The notes below the pieces were generated by a model. That model saw only the letters and a list, made by a program, of their open reading frames with translations. It was not told the DNA's origin and searched no databases. This document shows positions 43,141-56,800 of a DNA stretch of 64,000 nucleotides, piece after piece (the first letter of the stretch is position 1; every line of letters starts with the position of its first letter). Origin of the DNA: Bugula neritina (taxonomy: Eukaryota; Animalia; Bryozoa); assembly GCA_964035545.1 (NCBI GenBank), contig OZ037765.1, positions 27,961,504-28,025,503 on the forward strand, read 5' to 3'. The position numbers and the translations under genes are program-made.

Positions 43141-46100
43141 GGCAGGACTCTGATTTTCCACTTGATTGGCCATATCTTGAAAAATAATAGCCCTACTGAC
43201 CTCAAATTTTGATATGTTCCTAACCATGGGCCTACCCACACCCCCCCACAATTTCAGAGGTCAAGGTTAAATTATAGCGATTTTGGCCGGAGTGCACTAA
43301 AGAGTTATCTCCTCCTAGAATAATATTTCAATTCTGCTCCAACTCCACAATTTGAAGCAAAACATATTTATCTAGAACCCCTACCACATTTAGCCTTCTA
43401 GGTTTACTAGATAACAAGATCTATGCACTTTTCGCCGGAGTTCTAGATTTTTAGCAGGTACCATGTATTGAGATGACCATATCTTGAAACCTATTACATG
43501 CACATGCCCAATTCTGGTAGGGTTGCTAGATATACATTTAAGCATATTATGTTCCAAATTTCATATGGGTAGGTCAAAAATTGTAGGAGGAGATAGAATT
43601 TTACTATCGTAGCAACCGAAAAAACATACAAATGAGAAAATTGAGGACGAAAATTCAATAAATTGAAATGACTATATCTTGAAACCTACAAGTTAAATAT
43701 ATATTATTTTGGCATGGTTGTTAGAAGCACATCTCATCATATTATACTCCAAATTTCATAAAAATAGCATAAAACCTATAGGAGAAGCAATAATTTTACT
43801 ACTGTAACAACCGAAAATACACAAATAAAAAATTCAATGACGAAAAATTTATCAATTGATATGATCTCATTTCAAAATCTTAGTTGTATTTGCATGATTT
43901 CAAAAGAAATTACAGAATAAATTATAAATTCAGTGAAGTTCTATCTCCAGAAAACTCCAGTCTTGTAATACTTTGGCCAGACTGCTGGGCTTTGTGGCGG
44001 GAACTCACTATTATTAGAAGATCTTTTTGTGGGTATAAATGGCAAACTGCTTCACAATCAGTGTTCCTAAAACAAAGTAAACAGGTACAAAATCAGTACT
44101 ATTATCATTGAATTATACGACAGAACAGCTGACAACAAAAATAAACTTAGGTTTTTGCAAAATTTTCACTTTGGGGGCGAAGTAACAAAGTTAACTTATC
44201 TTCAAAGTTGAGGGTTTATTGAAATTTCATCTCTAAAAAGCTCCAGCTTGGTAGTCACTCCGGTCAGGTCGTCTGGCTATTGTTGCTCTTTGATAGGTGG
44301 CCCGTCTCTTGGAAGCCTTTATTCTCTGCAGATCTTTTTTGTGGGTGTGCATTACCAGCTGTTTTCCAATCGTTATTCCTAAAATATCATAAACAGCAGC
44401 AAGAGCAGTACTACCATCATTGAATTGTAAGACAGCACAGTTGACAGCAAGTTCTAACCTAGGCTTCTGCACAAACTGCACTTTAGGGCAAAGTAACCAA
44501 ATTATCCTATGAAAAGACTCGTTATTATTTTGTGTACCCCCATGCAAGCATTTTGAAAGCAGAGAATCGGCTGTAAGAGCTTCAAAAACCGGTTTTATCT
44601 CTTCTAGTACAAAAGGTGGGAGACTATTCGAATTACCATCACCACTACCATTTACTGCCGGGCAAGAATTATCACATGAGCTATGATTCCTATTCCTATG
44701 ATGCCATATTCTCCAAATGCTTGCTTTCATACCCTCCAAGTTTCCTACATTATTCCTAATAGCTGCTCCATAATGACCCTGAATTCTCTTTATAGCAGCT
44801 TTATGCAACTTACCACTACCTCCTATACCTTTATACTTACGGCCTTCCCAATAAAACTCTTTTCCCTTACATTGCTGCACTTTATCTAATAAAAGCTTGC
44901 CCGCTACGCATTCAAGTTTCTCAACAACAACATCTGGGCCATAGGGTTGGGCCTTACTTACAGCACTATAAGACTTGGAGTCTCCATCCCCTAAATATTT
45001 TACAAACCGTACTCCTCTCTTCTCGACTGACCTCCTGAAAATTCTAACCATACCTACCGGCTCCATACCACCAGCTGAACCCTCATGATTTTTGACACAA
45101 CTATGCTCTGGTGGTATACTATCTTTATGACTGGCACATGTAAAACAATAACTAGAGAGAACTTCAGTATCAACTACTTTACCTGGTTTTCCTACTGAAT
45201 GGGTAATAACAGTAGCTACCCCATTCTTACTACTAAAGCCCCTACGCTGCCAGGTACCATCACAAGATACTGTTATATCACTACTGTTACTCATACTAGC
45301 AGCTTCCCTGGCAGCCTGGTCCATTGACTTACTAGCTAGCTCCTTAGTAATGTTACCAAGTCGCTCTACATCCTTGGCCCACTCACTAAAAGCGACAGGT
45401 GGGGGCAAACCTAGATGAGCAGAAATAGTTGCAGCAGTACTTCTATGCCCACCTGCCAAGGTTGTACCAAAAGCCAACCGAGTATTCAAAGAAAACCTAT
45501 GATCTACATCACGATCACTCATTACACTACTTTCAATAAGAACACCACAAACAGAACAGGTAAAATCAAAAGCTGGTACAATTCCACTATGGCATTTTAC
45601 ACTAATTCGCAAGGACATAGCAGGGTGATCTTTACAAGCAATACTACCAGATGACAACCTACCCATAAGTTCTAAAACTAACTTAGTCTGCACTATAATA
45701 CTGTCAGGCTGAGAATTTGCAGAACTAAATAAGAAATTTGAAGTACTTAGCTGATCATTTAGTTTAGCAGAGCTGGCAGTTGCAGCAGGAGTAGTGCCGG
45801 TAACTGTAGGTGTAGCATCACTAGTCAGACTCAAAGAGCTGGAGGCAGTCGGTGGTATAAGTTGATGGTCAGATGCAGCAGACTGGGGCTCCAATTGAAA
45901 GTCCATAGTACTAACTGAAAAGCTTGTAGATGCACTTAGATGTGCAGTAGAGTTAGTTACATTAGTGTTACTAATAGTAGTAGCGATAACTGGCGTAGCG
46001 GTGCCGGCAATAGTAGTAGTAGTAGTAGTAATCGTCATGGGTGGTCTAGTAGTAGGCGTAGTTGTGGGCGTCGTTGCACTTGCAGTTGAAGGCGTCGTAG

Positions 46101-46922
46101 CACTTGCAGGCGTCGTAGTAGTAGTACTAGTAGTAATATCTAGTACTGGGTCAGCTTTTCTGTACTGATTTCCTCGAAACTGCCTTTTTTTAACCTTAGG
46201 CATGTTTACTGTGTCTGTAGTATACGTGCTGCTATGTTAGAGACTTATATAACGAGTCGGTACGAATATAAATATTATGTAATATTACTAATGTCAAAAT
46301 AAGTAAATCACGGCACTTCGTAAAACAAAATGTTGATAAATATAAAGTCAAATATGTCTTCTCTTTATTTTCACCGGTTGTAGAAGATCTAGATGAAGGA
46401 TTGATGGTAAATTATCAGATTGTTTTGGCAGTTTGGAATATTACGTGTAGCTTCTTTGTTCGTTTTGGCAAACAGGATGTGCGTCACAGATCACGCGATA
46501 AGCACAGCCAATAAATGAAGTGAATCGCGGGTCACGGGGTCAGGGTAATAAAATCCGACAAAACTATGCTAAATCAATTATCTTTGTTTTGCCTCAATGC
46601 GCTTACTGAGAGGTGTTATACACTGCCCATTAGTAAAGTAGGCTTTTCTGAAACTAATGCTGTACAGTGCAACTGAGAATGCCGAGTTGAAAACAGTTAA
46701 CAATGGTGCTAAAGTTAGTGATTATGGCTGCATTTTTTTTGTTTTTCACACCAGTTGCAACAAAGGGGTAACTTTAAATACACAATTTTAATAGAAAGAA
46801 AAGTAGAATATCAAAAAGAATCACATCACTCGAATCTGGAAATTTTAGAGTTTTTATGCATAGTAAAATCCAAATATGGCCAAATTGACCACAATTTCTT
46901 AATTTTTAATCATAGTCCAGCC
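43141..46922 (-). mobile_element. Kolobok-type DNA transposon (3.8 kb)
   Basis: TTAA on both sides (43137-40, 46923-26); TIRs GGCAGGACTCTGATT / AATCATAGTCCAGCC (13/15 match); single DDE transposase ORF; subterminal repeats of about 194 bp at 43473-43865. Confidence 0.82.
44233..46203 (-). CDS. DDE transposase (Kolobok / 'Mutator-like' family), 656 aa
   Basis: SCDGTWQRRGFSSKNG, NHEGSAGGME, YLGDGDSKSY, KCLHGGTQNNNESF; basic N-terminus and Thr/Ser-rich linker. Confidence 0.9.
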   Translation of the reverse strand: MPKVKKRQFRGNQYRKADPVLDITTSTTTTTPASATTPSTASATTPTTTPTTRPPMTITTTTTTIAGTATPVIATTISNTNVTNSTAHLSASTSFSVSTMDFQLEPQSAASDHQLIPPTASSSLSLTSDATPTVTGTTPAATASSAKLNDQLSTSNFLFSSANSQPDSIIVQTKLVLELMGRLSSGSIACKDHPAMSLRISVKCHSGIVPAFDFTCSVCGVLIESSVMSDRDVDHRFSLNTRLAFGTTLAGGHRSTAATISAHLGLPPPVAFSEWAKDVERLGNITKELASKSMDQAAREAASMSNSSDITVSCDGTWQRRGFSSKNGVATVITHSVGKPGKVVDTEVLSSYCFTCASHKDSIPPEHSCVKNHEGSAGGMEPVGMVRIFRRSVEKRGVRFVKYLGDGDSKSYSAVSKAQPYGPDVVVEKLECVAGKLLLDKVQQCKGKEFYWEGRKYKGIGGSGKLHKAAIKRIQGHYGAAIRNNVGNLEGMKASIWRIWHHRNRNHSSCDNSCPAVNGSGDGNSNSLPPFVLEEIKPVFEALTADSLLSKCLHGGTQNNNESFHRIIWLLCPKVQFVQKPRLELAVNCAVLQFNDGSTALAAVYDILGITIGKQLVMHTHKKDLQRIKASKRRATYQRATIARRPDRSDYQAGAF

Positions 46923-47807
46923 TTAAACTCGGTACTTTTTTCAGCAGAGGTATAAACGCAACTTTAAACGTTTAACTTATTAATTTGTGAACATCAACTG
47001 AAGGTAGTAAAACTGAAATCGTTTACTTTGTTTTAAAAATGCCAATCAATAGTGCAAAACAATGCTGAGTTGTTAAGAGTTTGTTGGCATACAGCAAGCA
47101 CAGAGAGACCACAGCCAACAAATGAATAAACTGATTGAAATGTTGCTGCTGTTATCCCATATTTTTGCTGTTTTTCTTGTATGGCGATATGAGTCTTATC
47201 TTGACAATAAAAAATGAATTGTTCTAAAACTGCATATTTTTAAATCTCTGCAATTAATTGAAGGATCAATGATTGTGATATATATATTCATTAGCTGGAG
47301 AAGGTGAAAATTTTCAAATATAATAGTGTAAAACTGTATTAAACAATATTTAAAAATACACTGAACTTATGACACTGCGTCAATATTATTAGAACACCCA
47401 ATGAAGGCTAACAGTAAAAAAATGAGAGTAAAAAATAATAGATACCAATAGAAAATAATGTTAATCATATTAGAATGGTATGATCAATTCGAGCATGATC
47501 TATCCCAAAATATCTTGATGAATTGATATCAAATAGGTTTGCTGTTTTAAAAATAATCTTCAATAAATATGACTGCAGTTGTTAAAACTACAACATAAAA
47601 CTAAAATCATATAATCTATAGAAAGCGGAAGAAAAGTAGAAAATGTCAACTTTCTACTCTTGAACAAGTATGAGAAGTCTACGCAGCATGAGAAGTTGCT
47701 GATAATAAGACTTACAAAAATATTCTCATCATTAAAATACTGTTGTTTTGCATCAATATGGCGTTAAACTACACTTGACTACCTAGCTACCTTCTATAAC
47801 TCGGTGG

Positions 47808-50800
47808 TCAAGTTTCTTGTGGTAAATATGCAGGATACAATAATCTACAATTTAAGCTCGGATTGTGTTCTGCTAAAGATGTGTCACGATAGTGCAACAC
47901 CAGATCCATCAAATGTTCATGAATCTTAAACGGATCAGCAAAGCCATACCCGTCCGGCCCCCTTGAGATGATACAATGCACATCCTGGCCTTTGGCATCT
48001 CTACAAACACAATATTATACTAAAGTTGATGAAGTAGCAGCAAAGCTTAACAGTTTTATACTATTGACTTCAAAGTAGACCGGCAATGAAGACCATGTTA
48101 AACTTTGAATTTTGAAATTTGTTTAAACTTGTGTATGATGACCAAACTAAGCTAACTGGAGTGTTATAACAGTAGCAGGTTGCAGCTAGTATACAATACA
48201 TAATGAAATTATTTAAACATAACATTGAGTATATATTAACCATTGATAGTGGTTGATGAATAGCCAATGCCATAACTAACTGAACTACCATCCAATATAC
48301 AAATACCTTGCTAGGCACACATTAAACTTACACAATAGAAAGGGCATAAGAACCCTCTTCGTCTCTTGGTCGAATAAGGAAAGTGCCCTCAGGCTTGCCT
48401 CTCAGAAATTCTCTAGCCAGTGAACGATTAACACCTTCTCGGTACCAATTGCTTTGATCTTTATGTGGTATTAGCTTAGTAGGCTCCACTATCGACATGG
48501 GGTACGAGGAATTTGTAAAGGAGCCCCTGAAATTGTATTTATCCCAGTATATAAGAATTGTAACAGTATGGGCTTTCTAGCATTACAACAGCTAATAGAA
48601 GAAATATAGTCAGATGGTAGCAGTATAAACATCAAAACCCTATTTATGGACCGATCACAAAAGTTGTAGATTAAAGTACCTATAGACAAGAAACTTTCAA
48701 ATAATAAACTTTAACAAAATAATAACATTTACATGCAATGCACAAAACTTGAGCAGATCTTCATTTTATTGATATAAGAAGTTATCCTTCTACTCCAAAC
48801 TGTCCACTTATAAGCATGCAAGTTAATTGACATTCTTTACTTTACAAACAATTGAAATGCTTGATGAGTTTATTCAAAGAAATCTCTACTAACAAAAATG
48901 TGAGGTTTTCATAAGCTTTTATATACGAGACACAGCATTTCCAGCTGTTAGATAATATAAATAACTTTATTAAGTATCAAGAAGCAAAAGTTTGAGGGTT
49001 GTTAAAGCTAATGATGCCAAAAAATACACTTTTATTCAGTTTAAAAAACTGTACTGTATATTGCATAGTATATAGTGTCAATAGAAACTCACTGCACATA
49101 AGCATTGTTTACAGAGCTGCTATATTCTGATTGACCATCATAATCAATATCTGGTTTCTGACGAGACTCCAGGTAATCATCAATGTGCTTCCTGTCATGC
49201 CCTCTGCTGACTAGTATGCTGCAGTTCACAAAGCAAGGGTCACACAACTTACACAACATGTATTCATGGCATGGGCTGAGTCCCACAGGGTTGAGGGTTT
49301 TATAGGGTATAGAACATAAACACAAGCTAATTTTACAAATGATTTTATCATAAGGTTCGTGTCTTTGTGAAGGTGAAATACTGGAGTAAAATTCTATAAG
49401 TGTTTTTAAACGTAGTTCACCTTTATGATAAGTAAGCAATTCATCTCAAGAGAAAGTAAATGCGGATTTACCTTAGGAGATAAATAATTGACCACAAGAA
49501 AGTTCGGAAATGTTAAAATAATCCAAGTTAATCGGAGTTGTCCCCACTATTACTAAACAAACGTAATTTAAAAATAAACAGTGTGAAAGATTTCAGGAAA
49601 CCAAGTCCTTCCATACCACCTTCCCTTTAAAGCCATGCTCACACTGCACACTACCTGCTATGAAGGAGCTGTGTGATGGAGCTCTACGAAATGTTAAAAC
49701 TTGTTAATTGTATAACAATTTACCTGCGCAGAGAATCGGCCTTTTTGCTCAAAGCTTTGATCTCTGGTTTCACGTCGTTCATCTGAGCAACAACCTGCCT
49801 GTTGTCAGAGGTTTTCTGTTTAATGGATACCTCCAGGTGGTTCTGGCTTCTAGTGATATCTTTTAACCGAGTTTCCAGCACAATGCTGTTTTGCTGTAAT
49901 CTGAAAAGACCAACAGAACTCATAAAAAAGTCATAACAAGGGCGAATATTTGTTATGCTATACGGTTTTGAATTCATAACATACAAAATAGATGTCTGTC
50001 AAATAACCGGATAAATCTGTGAAGGCTATCGCAGACACTCAGTAAAAATAGTGTTGAATAAACTATTTCATGTCTGCGGTATTCTTTAAAAGCCATCATT
50101 AAAAACGATGTAATGAAGTGTGTCGGGGAGTTATGCTACTATTTAGTGATAATGCTATGTTACTCACTTGGACTGTTCATGAGCCTGTGCCTTCTTACTA
50201 TTGTTTCTATGTAAAGTCAATTGTTCTTCAAACACTTTGACCAGCTCTTTAAACGACTCGTGGGCCTGGTACAGCATTTGAATATCCGAAGATATTTTGA
50301 GGTGCTTGGCTACCAAAGTTTCTAAACTCAATGTTTTTTCTTGATATTCGAGATGTGTTAGGAGCAGCTCGTCCAATGTTTTACAATCATCCACAACATG
50401 CATATCACTTTCCTAAAAATTGTAACAAAGAAGTTAATATTGTTGGTGTTAAAAAATAAATATTAAGGCTTCAGCAAAAAACAATTTTAAAACTGGCCCC
50501 AAACTTTGAGACAAAATTTTTACCAACAAAATATTATAATACTTCTTTAACATTTGCCAGCAAATTGGAAACAATTGTATAAAGTAAAATTCTAAAAACA
50601 ATAAATTGATTTTAAATTAGATCATTTTAAACAAATTTTTAAATAATATAACCATAGGTATGAAGAAACCTGGACCTACCGATGGAGTTAAGACTGGATA
50701 ATCCAGAGTACAGTTTAATTCTGCATTGTACTCAGCTAGAGAGTGGTAAGTGAAATGTTCCACCAACTTCTGGACTGAAGCAAACTCATATGGCTCAGAG

Positions 50801-53800
50801 AAACCATAGCGCCCATTTTTATGGTAAATTTTGATGAGTCGATTCTTGCTTCCCTTCCTGAAGACAGCAAAACACCCTCAAAATTGGAATTTTGAATCAA
50901 ATGATAAATAATAGCTAAAAGAATCAAAAGAAAGTACAATACTTTATACTGAGATTTATCAACAAAATAAACTACATAATCACTATTCTTGCACAGTAAA
51001 GGGGAAACATTACCTTAGAGTGAGAGTATAGTCTCCTTTTGTAGCATGAGTGGTGGCTCTTCTGACCAGAAAAGTTCCATCAGGTGTACCATTCAGCTGA
51101 TCATGCACTTCCTCTCTATAAACAAAAATGTACCAAACTAACAGAAAACCAGAAAACACCCAACCAGAAATGAGAACTGTACTATATGTACTAACACCAA
51201 GACAGGATTTAGCACAAAGCAACTTACTTTGAAATGTCACCCCAAAACCATTTACACTTCTCCAAACTTTCATCAGCTGACACAGGTCTAGCAGATGCTA
51301 AAATATAAACCAACAAATTTAGCTTTTTTATAGAAAGCATAAGAATATTTTGCCAAAAACACGTCACTGCAAATTTTGCTAAACAATAGCATAAAAACTG
51401 ATAAAAATATTATAAAAAACGAAGAGCAGAAAGTTACCAAACTTACAGTCTTTGTTTTCGTTGACAGCGTGTGTAAAGACGTAATCTAGAATCTTCAAAT
51501 GGTATTGTGTGTTGTAAGTAAGATTCCTGCCGAATGAAACAATGAATATCAATTACCCACCAGTTCTACTCATTAAAGTGAATCAGACATACAAGTTGAA
51601 ACAAATATTCAATTACAACTATCAATACAAAAAAAAAACAATTAAAAATAACAGACATAAAAGCACTAAAAAACTTTACTGCAAAAGAGTGTTTTATAAT
51701 ACTTCTATTATTTGAAACATTCAACATGGTAGCTGAAACTTTAGCTTGACAATAACATTCATCAAAATAATGTTATTTGTTTCAAGAAGTGATCTGTTCA
51801 TAAATTCCATGTTACCTGCTCTAAACTATCAACTCTTCTCATTATATAAAATAATTCAGACTGCATTAGTAAAACCTCATCGCAACAACATTTGTAAATT
51901 AACTTGATAAGTGATGTTGTACAGAGAACCACTGGTACTATGTATATGGTAGAACCACTGGTAGTATATGGCAGAACCACTAGTAGTATATGGTAGAACC
52001 ACTGGTAGTATATGACAAAACCACTGGTAGTATATGGCAGAACCACTAGTAGTATATGGTAGAACCACTGGTAGTATATGGTAGAACCACTGGTAGTATA
52101 TGGTAGAACCACTGGTAGTATATGGCAGAACCACTGGTAGTATATGGCAGAACCACTGGTAGTATATGGTAGAACCACTGGTAGTATGACAGAACCACTG
52201 GTAGTATATGGTAGAACCACTGGTAGTATATGGTAGAACCACTGGTAGTATATGGTAGAACTACTGGTAGTATATGGTAGAACCACTGGTGGTATATGAC
52301 AGAACCACTGGTAGTATATGGTAGAACCACTGGTAGTATACGACAGAACCACTGGGAGTATATGACAGAACCACTGGTAGTATATGCAGAACTTACATAA
52401 TGTTTTCCCAGGAAGGTCGTAGTATTATGTGACAGAACACTTGAAGTAGTCTTGAATGAGAGTCAGCTTTCAGATTCTTGTCACTTGTAATTGTGAAGAA
52501 ATGAGTCATCAGGTAACGCAACATGGAGTTGTGGTCTCCTGAAAGCTCATTTACTAAACTGATAATAGTTTTATTGCTAGCGTTAGCGTCTTCTTCTTCT
52601 ACAAATAAGTAACAAAGCTCTTGAAAATTATCGGATTTCAAAGTAAAAAAACACATTTCAAAGCAATTCAGTTTGAAATTATCCAAGTTTTACTAACTTC
52701 GAATGAAAAAACAAAAACCCTGATTCCTACTGCACACTATTCCACACTATAAACTCAAGCTGGCAAAAGTTGTCCTTTCTAACATTGATAAGGTCAACAA
52801 CAATGATATGGAAAGCCTTATTGTGACATAAAAATCACATGTAAAAAACAAGAACAAATAGACCATACCCCCTACTTATATGCCCACTATACCATATACT
52901 AATTATACCGTATACTAATTATACCGTATACTAACTATACTTTATACTAACTATACTGTATATTGACTATACTTTATACTAACTATACTGTATATTGACT
53001 ATACCGTATACTAACTATACCGTATACTAACTATACCGTATACTAACTATACCGTATACTAATTATACCGTATACTAACTATACCGTATACTAACTATAC
53101 TGTATACTAACTATACTGCGTTGACAAAGTCGAGATACACAAATGAGAAACATCTAAAAATGTTTTAAATCCTTTACTAGTCGTAGTGAAGCTTCTCCTA
53201 TCTACATGCAAGATGTTTAGTATAAGTTCTACAATTGAAAGTAATAAACTGTGGGAGAGTATTGTGTTGCACATACTCTAATCCAATTCTTTTTCATTTA
53301 AAATACTTAAAAGCTAAACTTTTAGATCCACAGAAAAAGACTGGTTAAGTTTTTGCCTTTTAATAGTAAAAGTAGTAAAGACAAGTTTGAGTTGAAACAT
53401 AGAGACTTACTAGCTGCAGCAATGAATCTATCATAATACTCAGTGGGTATGAGGGAGTTCTCCAGCTCCCTCAAGTATTTCTTAACTATTCCACCAATAA
53501 CCTGAGGCTTATAGTCTGAGAGACTGGCACTCATAACATCACCTGCAATGAGCACACCATATATGATATTCTCATGAAAATATCTATCCAACTGCAGCTA
53601 TTTCACAATAAACCATCATATAGTCAAGTGTTGTTTATACATATTAGATTTTTTACTCAGTGGGCATGTGTGACATAGTAATAGTAGCATATTATATTAT
53701 CAGTATAATACTATAATCTCGTCCAGTGAAACCAGTACAAATGCATAATATTATGGTGCGCCCCGAGACAGACAAAGAAGATCCAATAACCGCAAGTTAA

Positions 53801-56800
53801 AAGATAACAATAAACTATCACCATGACAAAGATGTCACTGGAAAATAATGAGTTATAGATATGATTTTGATAGGAATAATGAATACATGCTTCACTGAAC
53901 AGCTAATAATGCGACTGGTTTGCTGGACATTAAAACAAATTAGAATTCCGACAGTATTGTCAGTATTCAATGCTAGCAAGTTAAAAGTTCATTATTCAAA
54001 TGCCTTTATGACTCTCAACTCTTAACATTATTGAATTTATTAATATCATTTCCCCATACATAATCTACAGGACTCAATCTACTTAGCACAATATCGCCTA
54101 TAAATGAAATGAATTCCGTATCTATAATACAATCTTCAAAGTTCAGCCATGATTGATGACTATTGGATATAATTAAGAGAATTTCAGCTCTTCAACTCCC
54201 TCCATATTATATAAAGATCAAAAATAATACTTAGATAATCTAAGCATAATGTAATTGTTACATTAAATTATTGTGTGCAGTCAGGGGGTTGGGCTATTGA
54301 ACAAAAACATGAAGCTGGCCAGCTGTACTGCATGCAACTACCTTATTATCTTAAGATGAGCAGCAAGATGTAAACTCATCTCCTTGTTGAACAATTTTGG
54401 TAAAAAAGTGAATTGTTACAACTACTTGCAGGTCTTATTGATAAATAATATTTATCGATTGGGCACAGAAGTTAAACTTTTTCAATCCTGCTCAACTTAA
54501 TGCAAATACAGGCTCCATTCTGACATTAGATTTTCACAAAACTCGATTATATAGGGCACCAAATTGACTTTAAGAGATTGCATGGATTTATGAGATGAAG
54601 TATTTACCAGCTTTTTCCAGAGCATTCTTGAGCTCAACCATGGACTTGGTAGGTACTGGTGTTCTATAGAAAGCATCCCATTCAGCCTCTACAAGTAAGA
54701 CAATCTCCTTGTTACAAACGTCTGAAGATTGAAGGGCAAACAATCTGCACAGGTGCTCTTAGACTAAAAACTGTAATCATTTGTTTTCGACCATGACAGT
54801 TATTTTTGAACATGAATAATATGAAAGGTTTGCTTTGCAGGAGCAAATATAAATCAAATTCGTATAAATTTCTTATTTATTTTACCTCCGGCGCCAACTC
54901 TACGTTCAATCTCATCGATACAAACGCGCAACACATCCGGTACAGCTCCGTCTTTACTTGAACGACAGTGACTTTCTAAGTCTATTCCAAAAAGAGGCTC
55001 TACAATAGACAACAGACAAGTTGCAACAACATAAACATCTCATTTATATTCTCTGAAATACATTAACTCTGCACCATCATAATGCCCTGCGCCTTTACCT
55101 TTATTAGAGCTTTGCTGCCCTCTTCCAGAAAGCTGAGTTTCGCCACAAGCGGGAACCTTCCCTTGTTTACATTGCCGATGTATAGACAGACCACACACTG
55201 CATAAATTACAAGAATATGTTACCCGAGTACAGACGAGTCAAGCTCTAGCAAGAGTTAGCATTGTTGCTTATATGACTGGTAACTACATGACTGGTTACT
55301 ACATGACTGGCTACTATATGACTGGTTACTATATGGCTGGTTACTATATGACTGGTTACTAATGACTGTTAACTGAGTAGATAGCCAACAGATAGAGTGA
55401 ACTTGAGTCTCACTATGCACTCAGACTGGTGACAGTCAGTGAAGGTCAATATTAATCTAAAAACATTTTACAGTGACTAAATTATCATCATGTCAACATT
55501 TCAGATTCCAAGAGTGATTTTCTATAGAAGTTTAGTAACATGTTTGAAGTAACTTACACAAACTAAAAACTAAGATATTTTCCATAGCCATCTTTAACTC
55601 TCTTTAAATGTTTATTGCCAAAATTAATATAACCCTTTAACTAAAACTATAGAGTGACAAACGTCTTTCATGAGAAAACCTATCAGCTATCACATTAGCC
55701 AGTATAGCACTTGGCATATAGGTCAACAAACCTACAAAGCATTCTTAAAAACTGTTAATATGCGTGATAGACTCGTGTTAGCCTCAACTGCTAGGTGATA
55801 TATCAAACAGAAATAACCAGCATCCCTGAATGAACTATTCACGAGACAAGACCATGAACATTGGCTGAAATGGCTGATCAATTGGGCATTAACCTTTAGT
55901 GTCCAGACTGGAGTTCAGACTCCACTCCAATCTAAAGGCTAAACACTTCGTTATTACTCTGGTAAGTATACCATGATTACATAACAGGATTATTACAATA
56001 TATAATACTAGGTTCTATTTATAGAGTCTAGACAGACACATGGCCGAATACTCAATTATCTAGCATTTATGGCTGAAACTAATTATCCTGGTTACAACCA
56101 AGAAATGTATCACACCCCAACATAAATTGTGTCTACTTGCAAAAGGCTATAATTTTAAACTGGTATGTGAAAGAAGTAAAATGAAAACTGTTCAGCCTGT
56201 GCTTGCCAACTTTATGCTCTTCAAAAATCGCCATTCGTTCACTTTTACAGAGTGTTGCGTTACCAAAGGATCTGTGAGTAAAATGCTTTTTACCGATAGC
56301 AATGACTTTAGGAAATCACTTTTGAGTTTGAGAATTTTAAGAGCAAAAATATTATTTGAAATCTTTGGAGCGTCTTCAAAGTCAGGAAACCAGAATTTAA
56401 AATTCTAAAATCAATTTATGGCAAATCTCTCGATCGATTTATTTCCTATATTCAAACACAAATATTGTATAAATACTTAAGAGAGATGCAAATGTAACTA
56501 TAAAAAGATAACACATGCAAATGAATATTAATGACAGTCGACAGGAAGTTGGGTTTGTAAAGATAGGCCGTATGCAATCAAAGAGTTTATTAAACATCTA
56601 GGCTGCATGATAGATGAAGCTATTTATACCTTTGCACTGTAGACCTTGGCGGATTATACCATACAAGTACTTGTTACACTTGTGACACCTTTGTACTGTG
56701 TTAAATGTATGCTCATATAATTCATGTTCAGTCTCATCACTAGTACACTCCATGCTCTCTCCTATTGCACTTCCTTCCAACTACACAATATAGAATCATA

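Larger units (their letters stand above)
42731..46963. mobile_element. PIF/Harbinger-type MITE (about 450 bp) interrupted by the Kolobok element
   Basis: Perfect 16-bp TIRs AGTTGCGTTTATACCT (42731-46) / AGGTATAAACGCAACT (46948-63), flanked by TTA on both sides. Confidence 0.85.

Noticed and set aside
44233-46203. Mutator/MULE assignment
   Set aside because: TTAA TSD and short GG-starting TIRs fit Kolobok, not 9-11 bp TSD MULEs.
51798-52352. Three overlapping repetitive ORFs; superficially CRISPR-like array
   Set aside because: Head-to-tail 22-bp minisatellite with no unique spacers, inside a eukaryotic intron.
55888-55942. Tiny inverted repeat TAACCTTTAG..CTAAAGGCTA
   Set aside because: Possibly a MITE remnant but too short and degenerate to call.
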